DNA of 64,000 nucleotides from Candidatus Aminicenantales bacterium. Lineage in GTDB: Bacteria; Acidobacteriota; Aminicenantia; Aminicenantales; Saccharicenantaceae. Under the pieces are notes generated by a model that did not search any database, had not been told where the DNA came from, and was given only the letters and a program-made list of their open reading frames with translations. The position numbers were made by a program, and so were the translations under genes. Shown piece by piece: positions 20,939 to 30,921 of the stretch. Each line of letters begins with the position of its first letter. Position 1 is the first letter of the stretch. The DNA lies in contig JBEKXF010000001.1 of NCBI GenBank assembly GCA_049512315.1, forward strand, positions 137,340 through 201,339, written 5' to 3'.

Positions 20939-21865
20939 ATGAGCGCCTTCCTGGAGACCGGTTTTGTCTGGATGAACGGGCGGTTCGTCCCTTGGAAAGA
21001 CGCCCATATCCATATCGCTTCCCACGTCGTCCACTACGGGAGCTCCATCTTCGAAGGCTTCAGGGCGTACGACACGCCCAAAGGGACCGCCGTCTTCCGC
21101 CTGCAGGATCACACCCGGCGGCTGTACAATTCATGCAAGATCTACCGCATTGAGGTCCCGTACACCCAGGAGGAGTTCAACCGGGCCGTCCTCGAGACGA
21201 TCAAGGTCAATCAGCTGAAGGCCTGCTATGTCCGTCCCATCGTCTACCGGGGGTACAAAACCCTCGGCGTCGATCCCTTTCCGAATCCCGTCGATTGCGC
21301 CATCCTCGTCTGGGAATGGGGACAGTACCTGGGCCCGGAAGCCCTGGAGGGCGGCGTGGACGTCTGTATCTCGTCCTGGTGGCGCATGGCCCCGAACACA
21401 TTCCCGGCCCTGGCCAAGTCGGGCGCCAACTACATGAACTCCCAGCTCATCAAGATGGAGGCCAAGTTGGACGGCTACGCCGAGGGCATTGCCCTCAACA
21501 TCCGCGGGCACATCAGCGAGGGGAGCGGAGAGAACCTCTTCCTGGTCCGGGAGGGGACGGCCTATACGCCGCCCCTATCCTCGTCGGTCCTGCCCGGCAT
21601 CACCCGGGACTCGGTCATGACGCTTCTCAAGGAGATGGGCGTCCGGGTCGTCGAAGAGACCATCCCGCGGGAGATCCTCTACATTTCGGACGAGGTGTTC
21701 TTCACCGGCTCCGCGGCCGAGATCACTCCGATCCGCTCGATCGACAAGATCGTCATCGGGAGCGGAAAGCGGGGGCCCGTCACCCGGAAGGTCCAGGAGG
21801 CGTTTTTTGCCTATCTCAACGGGACGCGGGATGACACTTATGACTGGCTTACGTATGTGGCCTAA
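20939..21865 (+). CDS. ilvE: Branched-chain amino acid aminotransferase
   Basis: Class IV aminotransferase motifs (GFVWMNGRFVPW, HYGSSIFEGFRAY, EGSGENLF, PGITRD). Confidence 0.9.
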   Translation: MSAFLETGFVWMNGRFVPWKDAHIHIASHVVHYGSSIFEGFRAYDTPKGTAVFRLQDHTRRLYNSCKIYRIEVPYTQEEFNRAVLETIKVNQLKACYVRPIVYRGYKTLGVDPFPNPVDCAILVWEWGQYLGPEALEGGVDVCISSWWRMAPNTFPALAKSGANYMNSQLIKMEAKLDGYAEGIALNIRGHISEGSGENLFLVREGTAYTPPLSSSVLPGITRDSVMTLLKEMGVRVVEETIPREILYISDEVFFTGSAAEITPIRSIDKIVIGSGKRGPVTRKVQEAFFAYLNGTRDDTYDWLTYVA

Positions 21866-21885
21866 TTTCACGGGAGGAGAGCCTC

Positions 21886-23043
21886 ATGGTTATTGATGAA
21901 TTCTTGAAAATCGGCATCGAACGTGACGCTTCGGACCTTCACTTCAAGGCCGGCAACCATCCGATGATCCGCGTCCACGGGACGTTGACGCCCCTGACCG
22001 GGTTCCCGCGCCTGGCGACCGCCGACTGCGAGGAGCTGGCCAACCAGATGATGACGGATTTCCAGAAGAAAAGGCTCCGGGAGGAATTCGACATCGACCT
22101 GGCCTACAGCCTCCCGGGCTTCGGCCGCTTCCGCGGCAGCATCTATTATCAGCGGGGATCGCTGGCCATCGCTCTGCGCATCATCCCCCTGGAGGTCAAA
22201 ACGATCCGGCAGCTCCTCCTGCCCGAGGTCCTGGAGAAGATCGCCTTCTACCAGAGGGGCCTCGTCCTCGTAACCGGGACGACCGGCAGCGGCAAGACCA
22301 CGACTTTGGCGGCCATGATCGAATACATCAACACCTTCCGCCGGGAGAACATCATCACGATCGAGGACCCGATCGAGTACCTCCACAAGGACAAGAAAAG
22401 CACCATCAGCCAGCGGGAAGTCGGGATGGACGTCACGAGCTTCTCCCGTGGCCTGCGGGCCTGCCTCCGCGAGGACCCCGATATCATCCTCGTGGGCGAA
22501 ATGCGCGACCTGGACACGATCGAGACGGCGCTGCTCGCGGCCGAGACGGGCCACCTCGTCCTCAGCACCCTCCACACGCTCGATGCCCCGGAGAGCATCA
22601 ACCGCATCATCTCCGTTTTCGCCCCCCACCACCAGAGGCAGATCCGCCTCCAGCTCTCCAGCATCCTCAAGGCCATCATCTCCATGCGCCTCATCCCGAG
22701 GATGGACGGGCAGGGCCGGGTGCCGGCCGTCGAGGTCATGATCATGACCCCCTACCTCCAGGAGTGTATCGCCGACAAGGACAAGTCGGGAATGATCAAG
22801 GACGCCATCTCGGCGGGCGTCTCCCAGTACGGGATGCAGACCTTCGACCAGTCCATCTACCAGCTCTACCGGGACGGCTATATCTCCTTCGAGCAGGGGA
22901 TGAAATTCTCTTCCAATCCGGACAATTTCAAGCTCCGCGTCATGGGCATCCAGTCCACCCTGGACATCGCCACGGAAGAGATGGAGAAAGGGATGGGCAA
23001 GGTGGAGCGCGTCGAGGGAGGGGCTGAAGAAGAGCCCAAATGA
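21886..23043 (+). CDS. pilT: Type IV pilus retraction ATPase PilT family
   Basis: ASDLH, Walker A GTTGSGKTTT, Asp box, Walker B and His box (LSTLHT) of PilT/PilU secretion ATPases. Confidence 0.85.
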   Translation: MVIDEFLKIGIERDASDLHFKAGNHPMIRVHGTLTPLTGFPRLATADCEELANQMMTDFQKKRLREEFDIDLAYSLPGFGRFRGSIYYQRGSLAIALRIIPLEVKTIRQLLLPEVLEKIAFYQRGLVLVTGTTGSGKTTTLAAMIEYINTFRRENIITIEDPIEYLHKDKKSTISQREVGMDVTSFSRGLRACLREDPDIILVGEMRDLDTIETALLAAETGHLVLSTLHTLDAPESINRIISVFAPHHQRQIRLQLSSILKAIISMRLIPRMDGQGRVPAVEVMIMTPYLQECIADKDKSGMIKDAISAGVSQYGMQTFDQSIYQLYRDGYISFEQGMKFSSNPDNFKLRVMGIQSTLDIATEEMEKGMGKVERVEGGAEEEPK

Positions 23044-25703
23044 AGTCCTCCGAGATCCGCGAAACGTTCCTCCAGTATTTCGCGGCGAGAGGCCACAAGG
23101 TCGTCAAGAGCTCGCCGCTCCTGCCCAAGGACGACCCGACCATCCTGTTCACGAACGCGGGGATGAACCAGTTCAAAAGCCTCTTCCTCGGGCTCGAGAC
23201 GCGAAGCTACAAGCGGGCGGCGACCGTCCAGAAGTGCCTGCGGGTCAGCGGCAAGCACAACGACCTGGAGACGGTGGGCCGGACAACCAAGCACCACACC
23301 TTCTTCGAGATGCTCGGCAATTTCTCCTTCGGCGATTACTTCAAGAGAGAGGCCATCGGGTTCGCCTGGGAGCTCGTCACCGGCGTCTTCGGCCTGCCCA
23401 AGGACAAGCTGTACGCGACGGCCTACCTCGACGACGGCCAGGCTTATCGTATCTGGGCGGACGAGATCGGGGTCCCTCCGACGAGGATCTTCCGCTACGG
23501 CAAGAAAGACAATTTCTGGGCCATGGGTGACACGGGCCCGTGCGGCCCCTGCTCAGAGCTCCACTTTGACCTGGGCGAGGACCTCGAGGCCGGGACGCCG
23601 GGCGCCCTCATCGAGAAGGGCAGCGACCGCTTCCTCGAGCTCTGGAACCTCGTCTTCATGGAGTTCGACCGGGACGAGAGCGGCGTCCTCAGGCCGCTCC
23701 CCGCCCCCTCGATCGACACGGGCATGGGGCTCGAGCGGATGGCCGCGGTCCTCCAGGGAAAGAGGAGCAATTTCGAGACCGATCTCTTCGTCCCCCTCAT
23801 CGAGGCTGTCGCCGAGCTGGCCCGTCGTGAATACCCCGCGGGTGACGAAGGCGACGTTTCCGTGAGGATCATCGCCGACCACGTCCGGGCGGTCTCCTTT
23901 CTCGTCGGGGACGGCGTGACGCCGGCCAACGTCGGCCGCGGCTACGTCCTGCGACGGCTCATCCGCCGGGCCTACCGCAAGGGAAACCTCCTGGGGATCG
24001 ACCGTCCCTTCCTGTTCGAGCTCGTCGGCCGGGTCGCCGACATCATGAAGGACGCCTATCCCGAGCTCCTGGCCTCGATCCACTACGTTTCCAAGGTCTG
24101 CCTGGCCGAAGAAGAGCGGTTCGCGGCCACCCTCGCCTCAGGACTGCGCTTCTTCGACCAGGCCGTCCGGGAGACCCTCAACGAAAGCCGGACGGTCCTC
24201 GCCGGGGCCAGGATCTTCAAGCTCTACGACACCTTCGGCTTTCCCCTGGATCTCTCCCAGGAGCTGGCCCGGGAGAAGGGCCTCGACGTGGACGAAGCCG
24301 GATTCGCGAAGGAGCTCGAGGAGCAAAGGCAGAGGGCCCGGCTCACGTGGAAGGGCGGACTCGACCAGAAGGAAAAGAAAGTCCAGGAAGAGCTCAAGGA
24401 CGTCAAGGTCATCTCCCGCGTCTACGAGGCGGCCGAGCTCAGCGACGTGAAGATCCAGGCCCTGCTCAAGGATGGCCGGAGAACGGATATCCTCGGGCCG
24501 GGAGAAACCGGGGAGGCCGTCCTGAGCGAGACGCCCTTTTACGCCGAAGCCGGCGGTCAGGTGGGCGACACCGGTTCTTTGAAGGGAGCCCGGTTCTCCG
24601 CCCTCGTGGAAGGGACGTATTATCTTGCACCGGAGCTCCCGGCTCACAGGATCAGGGTCCTCGCGGGAGAGCTGAGGGCGGGCGACACGGCCGACGCGGC
24701 CGTGGACCTCGTCCGGCGCCAGGCCGTCTCTAACAACCACACGGCCACCCATCTCCTTCACGCGGCCCTCCGGCAGGTCCTCGGCGACCATGTCCGCCAG
24801 GCCGGGTCGCTGGTGTCCGCGACTCGGCTTCGCTTTGACTTCACCCATTTCTCGCATCTCTCCAAGGAGGAAATCCACAGGGTCGAGTCCTTGGTGAACG
24901 AGAAGATCCGGGAGGATATTCCCGTGGGGACCAGGGTCACGACGCTCGAGGAAGGGATCCGGGAAGGAGCCACGGCCATCTTCGAGGAAAAGTACGGCGA
25001 AAAGGTCACGGTCATCGAGATCGGCGATTTCAGCAAGGAGCTTTGCGGCGGCGTCCATGTCCAGTCGACGGGCCGGATCGGGCTGTTCAAGATCCTCTCG
25101 GAATCGAGCATCGCCTCGGGGATGCGCCGGATCGAGGCGGTCACCGGCGAGGAGGCCTTCCGCTATCTCCGGGACCTCGAGGACATCGTGGCCGGCGTCG
25201 AAAAGACCCTGGGCGCCTCTCGGAAGGAGCTCCTGGCTAAGATCGAGAAGCTCAAGGACGGGCTGGAGTCTCTGGAAAAGGAGAACAAGGCCCTCCGCAA
25301 GAGGATGGTCTTGGCGACCGGGACTGCCGAAGCAAAATCCCCGGTGGCGGGGAAAGGGACGGTCATCAGGAACATCAAGGGTATCTCCGTTCATGTCCAG
25401 AGAGTGGAGGGGTTATCGGTGGCCGAGCTCCGCGACATGGCGGACGCGTTGAAGCAGAAAATGGGGACCGGCGTCGTCGTGCTCGGAGCGACCGACGGGG
25501 AAAAGGTCTCCCTGGTGGCTTCCGTCAGCAAGGACCTCACGGCACGGATCCAGGCCGGAGCGCTGATCAAGGAGGCCGCTCCCGTCGTCGGAGGCGGAGG
25601 CGGGGGCCGGGCCGATTTTGCCCAGGCCGGGGGCAACCGGCCGGGGGAGCTCGGCAAGCTCCTCGAGATGATGCCGGGAATTGTCGAGAAGCTCCTGGCC
25701 TGA
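23040..25703 (+). CDS. alaS: Alanine--tRNA ligase
   Basis: ATGA overlap with pilT. 887 aa with class II AlaRS N-terminus (FLQYFAARGHK, FTNAGMNQFK) and an editing domain carrying HTATHLLH and CGGVHV. Confidence 0.95.
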   Translation: MKSSEIRETFLQYFAARGHKVVKSSPLLPKDDPTILFTNAGMNQFKSLFLGLETRSYKRAATVQKCLRVSGKHNDLETVGRTTKHHTFFEMLGNFSFGDYFKREAIGFAWELVTGVFGLPKDKLYATAYLDDGQAYRIWADEIGVPPTRIFRYGKKDNFWAMGDTGPCGPCSELHFDLGEDLEAGTPGALIEKGSDRFLELWNLVFMEFDRDESGVLRPLPAPSIDTGMGLERMAAVLQGKRSNFETDLFVPLIEAVAELARREYPAGDEGDVSVRIIADHVRAVSFLVGDGVTPANVGRGYVLRRLIRRAYRKGNLLGIDRPFLFELVGRVADIMKDAYPELLASIHYVSKVCLAEEERFAATLASGLRFFDQAVRETLNESRTVLAGARIFKLYDTFGFPLDLSQELAREKGLDVDEAGFAKELEEQRQRARLTWKGGLDQKEKKVQEELKDVKVISRVYEAAELSDVKIQALLKDGRRTDILGPGETGEAVLSETPFYAEAGGQVGDTGSLKGARFSALVEGTYYLAPELPAHRIRVLAGELRAGDTADAAVDLVRRQAVSNNHTATHLLHAALRQVLGDHVRQAGSLVSATRLRFDFTHFSHLSKEEIHRVESLVNEKIREDIPVGTRVTTLEEGIREGATAIFEEKYGEKVTVIEIGDFSKELCGGVHVQSTGRIGLFKILSESSIASGMRRIEAVTGEEAFRYLRDLEDIVAGVEKTLGASRKELLAKIEKLKDGLESLEKENKALRKRMVLATGTAEAKSPVAGKGTVIRNIKGISVHVQRVEGLSVAELRDMADALKQKMGTGVVVLGATDGEKVSLVASVSKDLTARIQAGALIKEAAPVVGGGGGGRADFAQAGGNRPGELGKLLEMMPGIVEKLLA

Positions 25704-25773
25704 CCCCTCGATTCACCCCCCGGGGGGATTGTCAAACGAGAGCGCCCCGGCCATGATGGGATATGGAGCTCCG

Positions 25774-26340
25774 ATGAACGCCTGGAAAAGAGGATGGGCG
25801 GCCCTGGCCATCGTTCTCTGGACCCCGGCTCTTTTTGGGGCCTCTTCCGCCGACCTCAAGAAGCTCTACAACCCCATCGTCCAGCGGGTTGCCGACAAGC
25901 ACAGGGTGGACCCGGAGCTCATCCACGCCATCATCCGGGCCGAATCCGATTATGACAGCTTCGCCCTCTCGGAAAAGGGCGCGATGGGGCTCATGCAGCT
26001 GATGCCGGATACGGCCACCCAGTACGGGGTCCGGAACGTCTTTGACGCCGCCCAGAACATCGAAGGCGGGACGAAATACCTGAAAGACCTGATCCGGCTC
26101 TACAACGGCAAGACCAAGCTCGTGCTCGCCGCCTACAACGCCGGCCAGGAAGCCGTCAAAAAATACGGCGGAAAGATCCCGCCCTATCAGGAGACCCGGG
26201 ACTACATCAGCCGGATCATGACCAGATACAACAAAGCCGAGGTCCGCTCCGCGCACGCGGTCGTCAAGATCCGCGATGCGTCAGGCCGCACCGTCCTGAC
26301 GAACGACCCGGAGCTCGCCGGCCAGAAAAAGGACTTTTGA
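25774..26340 (+). CDS. Lytic transglycosylase (SLT domain), exported
   Basis: Signal peptide, then the SLT catalytic region AIIRAESDYD...GLMQLMPDTA...AYNAG. Start chosen at MNAWKRG. An upstream in-frame ATG at 25753 is possible. Confidence 0.75.
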   Translation: MNAWKRGWAALAIVLWTPALFGASSADLKKLYNPIVQRVADKHRVDPELIHAIIRAESDYDSFALSEKGAMGLMQLMPDTATQYGVRNVFDAAQNIEGGTKYLKDLIRLYNGKTKLVLAAYNAGQEAVKKYGGKIPPYQETRDYISRIMTRYNKAEVRSAHAVVKIRDASGRTVLTNDPELAGQKKDF

Positions 26341-26379
26341 CGGACGCAGGCTCTGCGGGGGGCCGGCTTTTCCCGGCCG

Positions 26380-27327
26380 TCAGCGGACCTGTTCGAGAAA
26401 TCCCTTGATCGCCAGGTTCCGCGGGAAGATCTCGAACGTCGCCGGCAACCGCCCGAGGGACTCCCCGTCGAGCTCGAGAAGGACATCGTCGGTTCCGTCC
26501 GGGACCGCCTCGACCTTCCGCCCGCGGATGAACGAGATCTTCGGGTGGGAGAGGTGGCTGCCGTTGATGAGCTTCCAGCCGTGGAGGCAGAACTCGAGGA
26601 ACCTCAGGCTCCGGACGAGGACGTTGTCGAAGAGGCCGTCGTCGAGCCGGGCTCCAGGCGCGATCTTCATCCCCTTGCCGAAGATGCGGCCGTTGGCCAC
26701 GGCCCCGATCAGGTATTCTCCCTGAGGGATGTCCTCGCCGTCCACCCGGATCCGGACCCTCTTGCTCCGGTACTGGACCATGGTCTCCACGAGGCAACGG
26801 ACGTAGGACGAGGCCTTGCGTTCGAGGCGGCGCTCGCTGACCTTCCGGACGACCTCACCCCCCAGGCCGAAATCGGCAACATTCAGGAAAAAGCGCTCCT
26901 CGTCCACGCCCGAGTGGTTCTTGTACCGGACCTTGCCCACGTCCATCCGGACGGACGGGGCTTCCGTGATGACCTTGAGCGCGCCCGTCAGTCCCGGCGG
27001 GATGTTCAAGCTCTTGGTCAGGTCGCAGCCGGTGCCGGCGGGGACGATGCCGAGGGTGGCCTCGGGATTGATCATCATCCGGTCCTCGAAGAAGCCGTTG
27101 GCGATCTCGTTCATGGTCCCGTCGCCGCCGACGCCAATGACCAACTCGGCCCCGTCCTTGATGACCTGGCGGGTGATCTCCGTGGCGTGACAGGGCTTCT
27201 CCGTGAACTCGAACTTGTACTCGCGGATGAAATTCTTCAGGGCGTCACGGATGTCTCCCCAGCGCTTCCGGGTCCGGCCCTGATTCGACTCGGGATTGAC
27301 GATGATGTGGGTCTTAAGCCGTCGCAT
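26380..27327 (-). CDS. Diacylglycerol/lipid kinase family protein (YegS/DagK-like)
   Basis: HIIVNP...GGDGTMNE...GTGCDL motifs of the DAGK catalytic domain. Start at MRRLKTHIIVNP. Confidence 0.8.
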   Translation of the reverse strand: MRRLKTHIIVNPESNQGRTRKRWGDIRDALKNFIREYKFEFTEKPCHATEITRQVIKDGAELVIGVGGDGTMNEIANGFFEDRMMINPEATLGIVPAGTGCDLTKSLNIPPGLTGALKVITEAPSVRMDVGKVRYKNHSGVDEERFFLNVADFGLGGEVVRKVSERRLERKASSYVRCLVETMVQYRSKRVRIRVDGEDIPQGEYLIGAVANGRIFGKGMKIAPGARLDDGLFDNVLVRSLRFLEFCLHGWKLINGSHLSHPKISFIRGRKVEAVPDGTDDVLLELDGESLGRLPATFEIFPRNLAIKGFLEQVR

Positions 27328-27850
27328 CCGGCGGTCCTTGCGAGGGTAGGGGAGAGGCCGGGGTCTTTTTCCGGCCGAAGATGGAAACGCCGATGACACC
27401 GCCGAGGACGCCCAGGACGGCGAAGATCGCAGCCGAGAAAAACAGGCCGAAGAGGAATCCGGACACGGAAAAGCCGCCAGCGGAGTTTCGCTGCATCAGT
27501 TCCTGCCATTGGGCGGGCATCTGATCGGAGAACCGGGCCAGGCTGTCCATGATCCTTCGGAGAAAGACCGCGTTGACGGGCCGGAGGGGGACGCTGATCA
27601 GGCTGTCGATCACGGCGGCGACGATGCCGGTCAGGGCGCCGACGATCGCTCCGTCACCCGCCGTCAGGGGCCCGGCCGTGTTCCTGGCGAGGAGGAATGA
27701 GGCCAACACGGCCCCGCCGATGATCCACAGGCAGCACAGGCAGTTGACGAACGGGATTCCGGAGAGGGCGCCGGAGACGGCCCCGGCGATGAGCGCGGGA
27801 ACGAGGTATTCCGGCTTCCGGTTATTCATGGCGGCTCCTGGTTCGTTCAT
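27314..27850 (-). CDS. Small multi-TM membrane protein, function unknown
   Basis: Three to four hydrophobic helices and a CLCCLW motif. Overlaps the kinase start by 14 nt. Start could instead be 27829. Confidence 0.5.
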   Translation of the reverse strand: MNEPGAAMNNRKPEYLVPALIAGAVSGALSGIPFVNCLCCLWIIGGAVLASFLLARNTAGPLTAGDGAIVGALTGIVAAVIDSLISVPLRPVNAVFLRRIMDSLARFSDQMPAQWQELMQRNSAGGFSVSGFLFGLFFSAAIFAVLGVLGGVIGVSIFGRKKTPASPLPSQGPPDATA

Positions 27851-27856
27851 GATTCC

Positions 27857-28432
27857 CTATTCTATGTTTTTTCTCCGGGGAGAATCAAGGGCCGGCTCAT
27901 CAATCCGGGGGGATGGTTCGGGCCCCTTTTTGCGGCTGGAACGCCAAAGGACGAGCTCCGAAACCCCGGTGATGAAATAAAAGGGAAGGAGGATGCCCCA
28001 GAGGGCCCCGACGGCGAACCGGAGGCCGATGGGGGAGGCCCAGATCCGGACGAATCCACCGGCGAAATCGAGCCCGACCGGGACCGAGAGAAGAAGGAAG
28101 AGGCGTGCCGGGGGCAGGGAGATCCTCGAAAACCCCCGGGCGAAGGGATAGATGACGAGGCCGGCCAGAAAGCCGGCGTAGATCCCCAGGCACCGCCCGC
28201 AAACGGCCAGCGGATAGCCGTCAAAGGTGAACGAGCGGCCGGGGATCTGGTGGCAGACGGGGGAGAAGAAGGAATAGAGAAAGGCGGCCGCGGCCGGGGA
28301 CCGGCTCTTGAGGCAGGGAGCGAGAAAGATGGCCGAGAGCCAGGCCAGCGTCCCCGCCAGGGTGAGGGCGAAAACGGGGATGACGGCCCGGCGGACAGCG
28401 GCCTCCGATGTCGGGGGGATCCTCTCTCTCAT
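27857..28432 (-). CDS. DUF2085-like membrane protein
   Basis: CHQIPGRSF...AVCGRCLGIY motif pair with flanking TM helices. Confidence 0.55.
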   Translation of the reverse strand: MRERIPPTSEAAVRRAVIPVFALTLAGTLAWLSAIFLAPCLKSRSPAAAAFLYSFFSPVCHQIPGRSFTFDGYPLAVCGRCLGIYAGFLAGLVIYPFARGFSRISLPPARLFLLLSVPVGLDFAGGFVRIWASPIGLRFAVGALWGILLPFYFITGVSELVLWRSSRKKGPEPSPRIDEPALDSPRRKNIE

Positions 28433-28599
28433 GGACTTCGACCCGGAAGCCGTATTTTAGTCCTTTCTTTTTTTCCTGTCATCCGTCACCCTCAGCGGCG
28501 TCCCGCGGCTTTCATATTTGATTTGACAGGTCGGCCGGTCCTTCTGTACATTATGGCTAAGCCGCATTCATCGGAACATCCTTGATGGAGGAGGGCACG

Positions 28600-30438
28600 A
28601 TGATCGCATTCCGCAAAGCTTCCCCGACCCTGGTTACGATCTTATTGCTCGTTTCCGCGTCGGCCTTCGGCCAGACCGAAGACGCCAACAAGATCCTGAC
28701 CCAGGCGAACGGCGGGGCGCTGTCGCTCGTGATCTACGGGGCCGATAAGGCCGAGGTCGCCAAGGGCTCGGCCATGGCCCTGGCGGAGGACATCCTGGCC
28801 ACGGCCTACCATGTCATCAGCCAGGCCTATGACGTCGAGGTCCTCACCATCAAGGGAAAGAAGATCAAGGTCGACGGGATCATCGCGATCGACAAGGCCC
28901 ATGACGTCGCCCTGCTGAAGCTGAAGGGCAAGGTCCAGCCCCTGAACGTCAGCGTCGCCGGTCATGAAGGCTTGGCCGAGGGGGCCCGGCTTTTCGCCCT
29001 CGGGTCGAACGAATCGGGCCAGGTCATCGTTTCCGAAGGGACCCTTCGCCGGTTCGTCGAGATCGAGCCCGGGGAGAAGGTCATGGAGGTCTCGCTCACG
29101 ACCCCCGACCAGTTCTCGGGCGGTCCAGTCCTCGACATCGGAGGCCAGGTCGTGGGCATGATGATCATCATCGGCCCGGGAGTCAAGGTCGCCCTCCCGG
29201 TCGACGTCCTCCAGAAGGTTTCCCGGACGGGGAAAGTCGCCGAATTCAAGACCTGGACCCGGGAGGATTATTTCGGCCTCTTCGAGGGGGCCTCTTTCGC
29301 CGGCCGGGTGGCGGCCGGCCTGGACGAGCAGATGGCCGCCCGGATGCACCTTGAGAAGGCCGTGAAATTGAACCCCGCCTTCAAGGAAGGCTACCGGCTC
29401 CTGGCCGCCGTTTACGACAAGCAGAGGGACTATTCGGCCGCGATCGAGGCCTATCGCCAGGTCACGGCCCAGGAGGGGGCGGGCGCCGACGCCTTTTTCG
29501 GCCTGGGGAATGTCCTGAAAAGGACGACGAAGTACCAGGAAGCCGTGGAGGCCTATGAAAAGGCGATCTCCATGAATATCGCCAATAAAGAGATCTATTT
29601 CGAGCTCGGGGACACCTATGAGGCGCTCCAGAACTGGGCCAAGGCGGCCGACGCCTATGAGAAATACCTGGCCCTCAAGCCGGAGGTGACCTGGAACGGA
29701 TATCTGCGCCTGGGGGCCTGCCGGAGCCAGTTGCAGCAGTACGACGCCGCCATCTCCGCCTTCCTCGAGGCCCAGAAAAGCCAACCCAAGGACTTGAAGG
29801 TCAATTTCAGCTTGGCGGAAGCCTATGAAAAGGCCGGCCAGATCGAAAAAGCGGAAGATGTCTATAACAACCTTGCCCAGATCAACCCGGCCGAGGCCCG
29901 GTCCTATTACGCCCAGGCCCTGCGGATATATAACACCGCGGGGAGATACGACAAGGCCGTCGGGCCGGCCAAGAAAATCGTCGACCTCGACCCCAAGAAT
30001 GAGATGAATGTCTATAACCTGGGCCTGATGTATTTTCAGCTCAAGAACTACAACGAGGCCATCGCGGCCTTCAAGCAGTGCCTGGCCATCAAACCGGACC
30101 TGCCTAACGCCTGGTTCCAGATCGGCAGCGCCTACCTTAACGAGAAAATGTACAAGGAGGCCATCGACGCCTTCAAGAAGTTCACCGCGCTATCCCCGGA
30201 CGAGCCCGGCGGGTGGCTCAGCATGGGCATTTGTTACATGTACCTGAAGAATTTCGAAGCGGCCCTCGAGCCCATAAAAAAAGCGGTGGACCTTAGGCCG
30301 GACAATGCTAACGCCCAGTTCAACTTGGCCATCGTCTATATCAACCTCAAGGATTATCTCAGTGCCAGGGAGATCCACAAGAGGCTCACGACCCTGGACC
30401 CGGCCCTGGCCGATAAGCTGAGGAAGTATCTCCGCTAG
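28600..30438 (+). CDS. Secreted trypsin-like serine peptidase domain fused to TPR repeats
   Basis: Signal peptide MIAFRKASPTLVTILLLVSASAFG. Trypsin-like motifs (TAYHV, GNSGGP-like GGPVLD). At least eight TPR repeats in the C-terminal 400 aa. Confidence 0.7.
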   Translation: MIAFRKASPTLVTILLLVSASAFGQTEDANKILTQANGGALSLVIYGADKAEVAKGSAMALAEDILATAYHVISQAYDVEVLTIKGKKIKVDGIIAIDKAHDVALLKLKGKVQPLNVSVAGHEGLAEGARLFALGSNESGQVIVSEGTLRRFVEIEPGEKVMEVSLTTPDQFSGGPVLDIGGQVVGMMIIIGPGVKVALPVDVLQKVSRTGKVAEFKTWTREDYFGLFEGASFAGRVAAGLDEQMAARMHLEKAVKLNPAFKEGYRLLAAVYDKQRDYSAAIEAYRQVTAQEGAGADAFFGLGNVLKRTTKYQEAVEAYEKAISMNIANKEIYFELGDTYEALQNWAKAADAYEKYLALKPEVTWNGYLRLGACRSQLQQYDAAISAFLEAQKSQPKDLKVNFSLAEAYEKAGQIEKAEDVYNNLAQINPAEARSYYAQALRIYNTAGRYDKAVGPAKKIVDLDPKNEMNVYNLGLMYFQLKNYNEAIAAFKQCLAIKPDLPNAWFQIGSAYLNEKMYKEAIDAFKKFTALSPDEPGGWLSMGICYMYLKNFEAALEPIKKAVDLRPDNANAQFNLAIVYINLKDYLSAREIHKRLTTLDPALADKLRKYLR

Positions 30439-30720
30439 ATTTTGGAGATCGAAGACTCGTTTCAGATATTTATCAGAACTGCAGCTCCGAGTTGCTCCAC
30501 AGCACTTCTGCTGGTCGCTCCTCAGAATTCGCTTCCCGTGGCAGGGGGAATCCGCTTCGCTTTCCGCTTTCCGACGGTCGCCCGGAAGGCTCTTCGAGGG
30601 AGCTTCGATCCGGCCCGGAAATTGACAGGACGGGCCGGCTGTGCTAAAAAAGAGGCTCGGACTACCACACTTAAACCCCTCCCGCCTGGGGAGTGGTCGA
30701 ATTCCGGATTCGGCGCCGGA

Positions 30721-30750
30721 TGACCTTTAATTTATTTAAAATGAGATAAT
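30721..30750 (+). promoter_or_regulatory. Candidate promoter (TGACCT-N18-GATAAT) for tRNA-Leu
   Basis: The -10 GATAAT at 30745-30750 lies 10 nt upstream of the tRNA 5' end. The -35 is weaker. Confidence 0.3.
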
Positions 30751-30760
30751 TACTGATGAA

Positions 30761-30845
30761 GGGCAGGTGGCGGAATTGGCAGACGCGCTAGGCTTAGGAC
30801 CTAGTTCCTGATGAAGGAGTGCGGGTTCGATTCCCGCCCTGCCTA
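30761..30845 (+). tRNA. tRNA-Leu (anticodon UAG)
   Basis: Manual fold. Acceptor stem GGGCAGG/CCTGCCT, D-arm, anticodon stem CTAGG/CCTAG with loop CTTAGGA, a long variable arm, T-arm GCGGG-TTCGATT-CCCGC and discriminator A. CCA is not encoded. Confidence 0.85.
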
Positions 30846-30921
30846 TTCTTGGCGCCCCCGGAGGGCCGGTCGGCTTTTCGGGGCCCTCTCCGGCAGCTGT
30901 GGACCGTGAAAGAGAGCAGCC

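Noticed and set aside
24138-25394. 418-aa minus-strand ORF opposite alaS
   Set aside because: Shadow ORF. alaS on the plus strand is unambiguous.
30560-30600. SRP (4.5S) RNA-like CCGGAAGG motif
   Set aside because: Only a short motif matches. The flanking sequence does not form the conserved domain IV helix.
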